This document shows positions 62,991 to 64,000 of a DNA stretch of 64,000 nt, in pieces. Both the position numbers and the translations under genes were made by a program. The notes below the pieces were generated by a model. That model was given only the letters and a program-made list of their open reading frames with translations, made no database searches and was not told the DNA's origin. How positions within the stretch are numbered: position 1 is the first letter of the stretch; every line of letters starts with the position of its first letter. Source of the stretch: Mobula hypostoma (Eukaryota); NCBI RefSeq assembly GCF_963921235.1, contig NC_086097.1, forward strand, positions 224,070,001-224,134,000, read 5' to 3'.

Positions 62991-64000
62991 GCTTCTGATT
63001 TAATATTTTCTTGCATGATTGGTTTCAGTTGCTAAAGCCATATGGTCATATCTTTTTAAACTGGCTCTGTTTCTGTTTAAAAATGTATCTGCTGTTGCTA
63101 CTGGTCTCGTATCTGTTGTGTTAGATTGATGGTCTAACCTCTCATTTGTGTCCGTTGTAACATGATGGCTTTGATTATCTCAGCCATCTTACAGCTACCT
63201 CCACTTTCCATGAACTTCAGCTAATCCATAGTTCTGTTTCACATTTCCTAGTTTGTCCCAAGTATATTAATTGTTTACTTTTGGTTGTTGATTACATTGG
63301 CTCATGGTCTGGCAGTGCCTATAGTTACAAATATTATCTTTCTGTTCAAATAACTGCTTGACTTTGTTCTTCACTTTTTTTTAATATCTTCAAGCTGTCT
63401 ATCTCTGGGATCGCTGTTTCAGTAATGAACTTTTGTATGTGCCTGGTTTCTTTATCCCACCAATGTTGGCTGTGGATTCAATTGCTCGGGCTACATGGCA
63501 TTACCTTTCTATAAATTTCACTAGCTCTATTCCATTATATTTAAAAATGCATTTAGTAAATGCTTGGTGTTCCTTTTTTATGATAATTCTCCTGAATAGT
63601 TAGTAAAGTGTCCCTATATAAAAGGTGCTATATAAATGCAAATTGTTATCCATGCCTGATAAATGACGTTTAATTTGGAAGAGAATGTGGTGCACATCAG
63701 AAAAAAAATTCTACAGGTAGGAAACTGAAATAAAAGGAATGTTGGAAATATCTGCTCTGGCATCATGGCGGATGTGTGAAGAGTGGCGGTGGGGAAAAAT
63801 ATTTTGGACACAAAGTAGAGAGAAATGACAGGATTGAAGTGAAGATTTGTGATAGGGTTGAAGACCTGGCAGTAAATCACATTGGTTGATTGATGGCAAA
63901 GGAGTGGTGTCAGAGCATCGTAGGGAGTAAAACATGCTTCTTGGAGAGGGACAAGTGGTTTCTGGTAATGATTCTGCTTTCCATTGGCTGAAGTAGGTTT

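Noticed and set aside
57745..64000. GDAP1 exon 4 (QIGNTESELKKLAEENP-like)
   Set aside because: No matching peptide with splice sites found; presumably beyond the window.
1..64000. CRISPR array, operon or prokaryotic defence system
   Set aside because: The sequence is spliced vertebrate DNA; there are no regularly spaced repeats or dense intact ORFs.

Overview
Eukaryotic, vertebrate, intron-containing DNA. The repeat families suggest a cartilaginous fish, probably a ray (inference). The only host gene I can support is GDAP1 (GST-like mitochondrial outer-membrane fission protein) on the + strand. Coding exons 1-3 lie at 34788-34949, 50150-50342 and 57571-57744, with canonical GT-AG junctions and human-sized exons 2 and 3; exons 4-6 must lie beyond the window. 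A CpG-rich promoter with two opposed ZNF143/THAP11-type motifs and a CRE sits just upstream. Most of the rest is decayed, heavily nested transposable elements: CR1 LINEs (including a near-full-length copy split by two antisense CR1s), Rex1/Babar-like LINEs, a Tx1-like LINE, a young HERO (restriction-like endonuclease) fragment, RTE-derived non-autonomous elements, tRNA-SINEs, hAT MITEs (one family with 6-bp TSDs) and many Penelope-like ends carrying minimal hammerhead ribozyme motifs. I do not see a new multi-gene system. The most interesting signals are RNA-structural or TE-architectural: the hammerhead-bearing 208-bp fold-back insertion at 12811-13018, the triple-TIR 6-bp-TSD transposon, and the structured HERO 3' UTR. 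Repeat boundaries were read by eye and are approximate unless a TSD is quoted; family names come from recalled motifs, not a database search.
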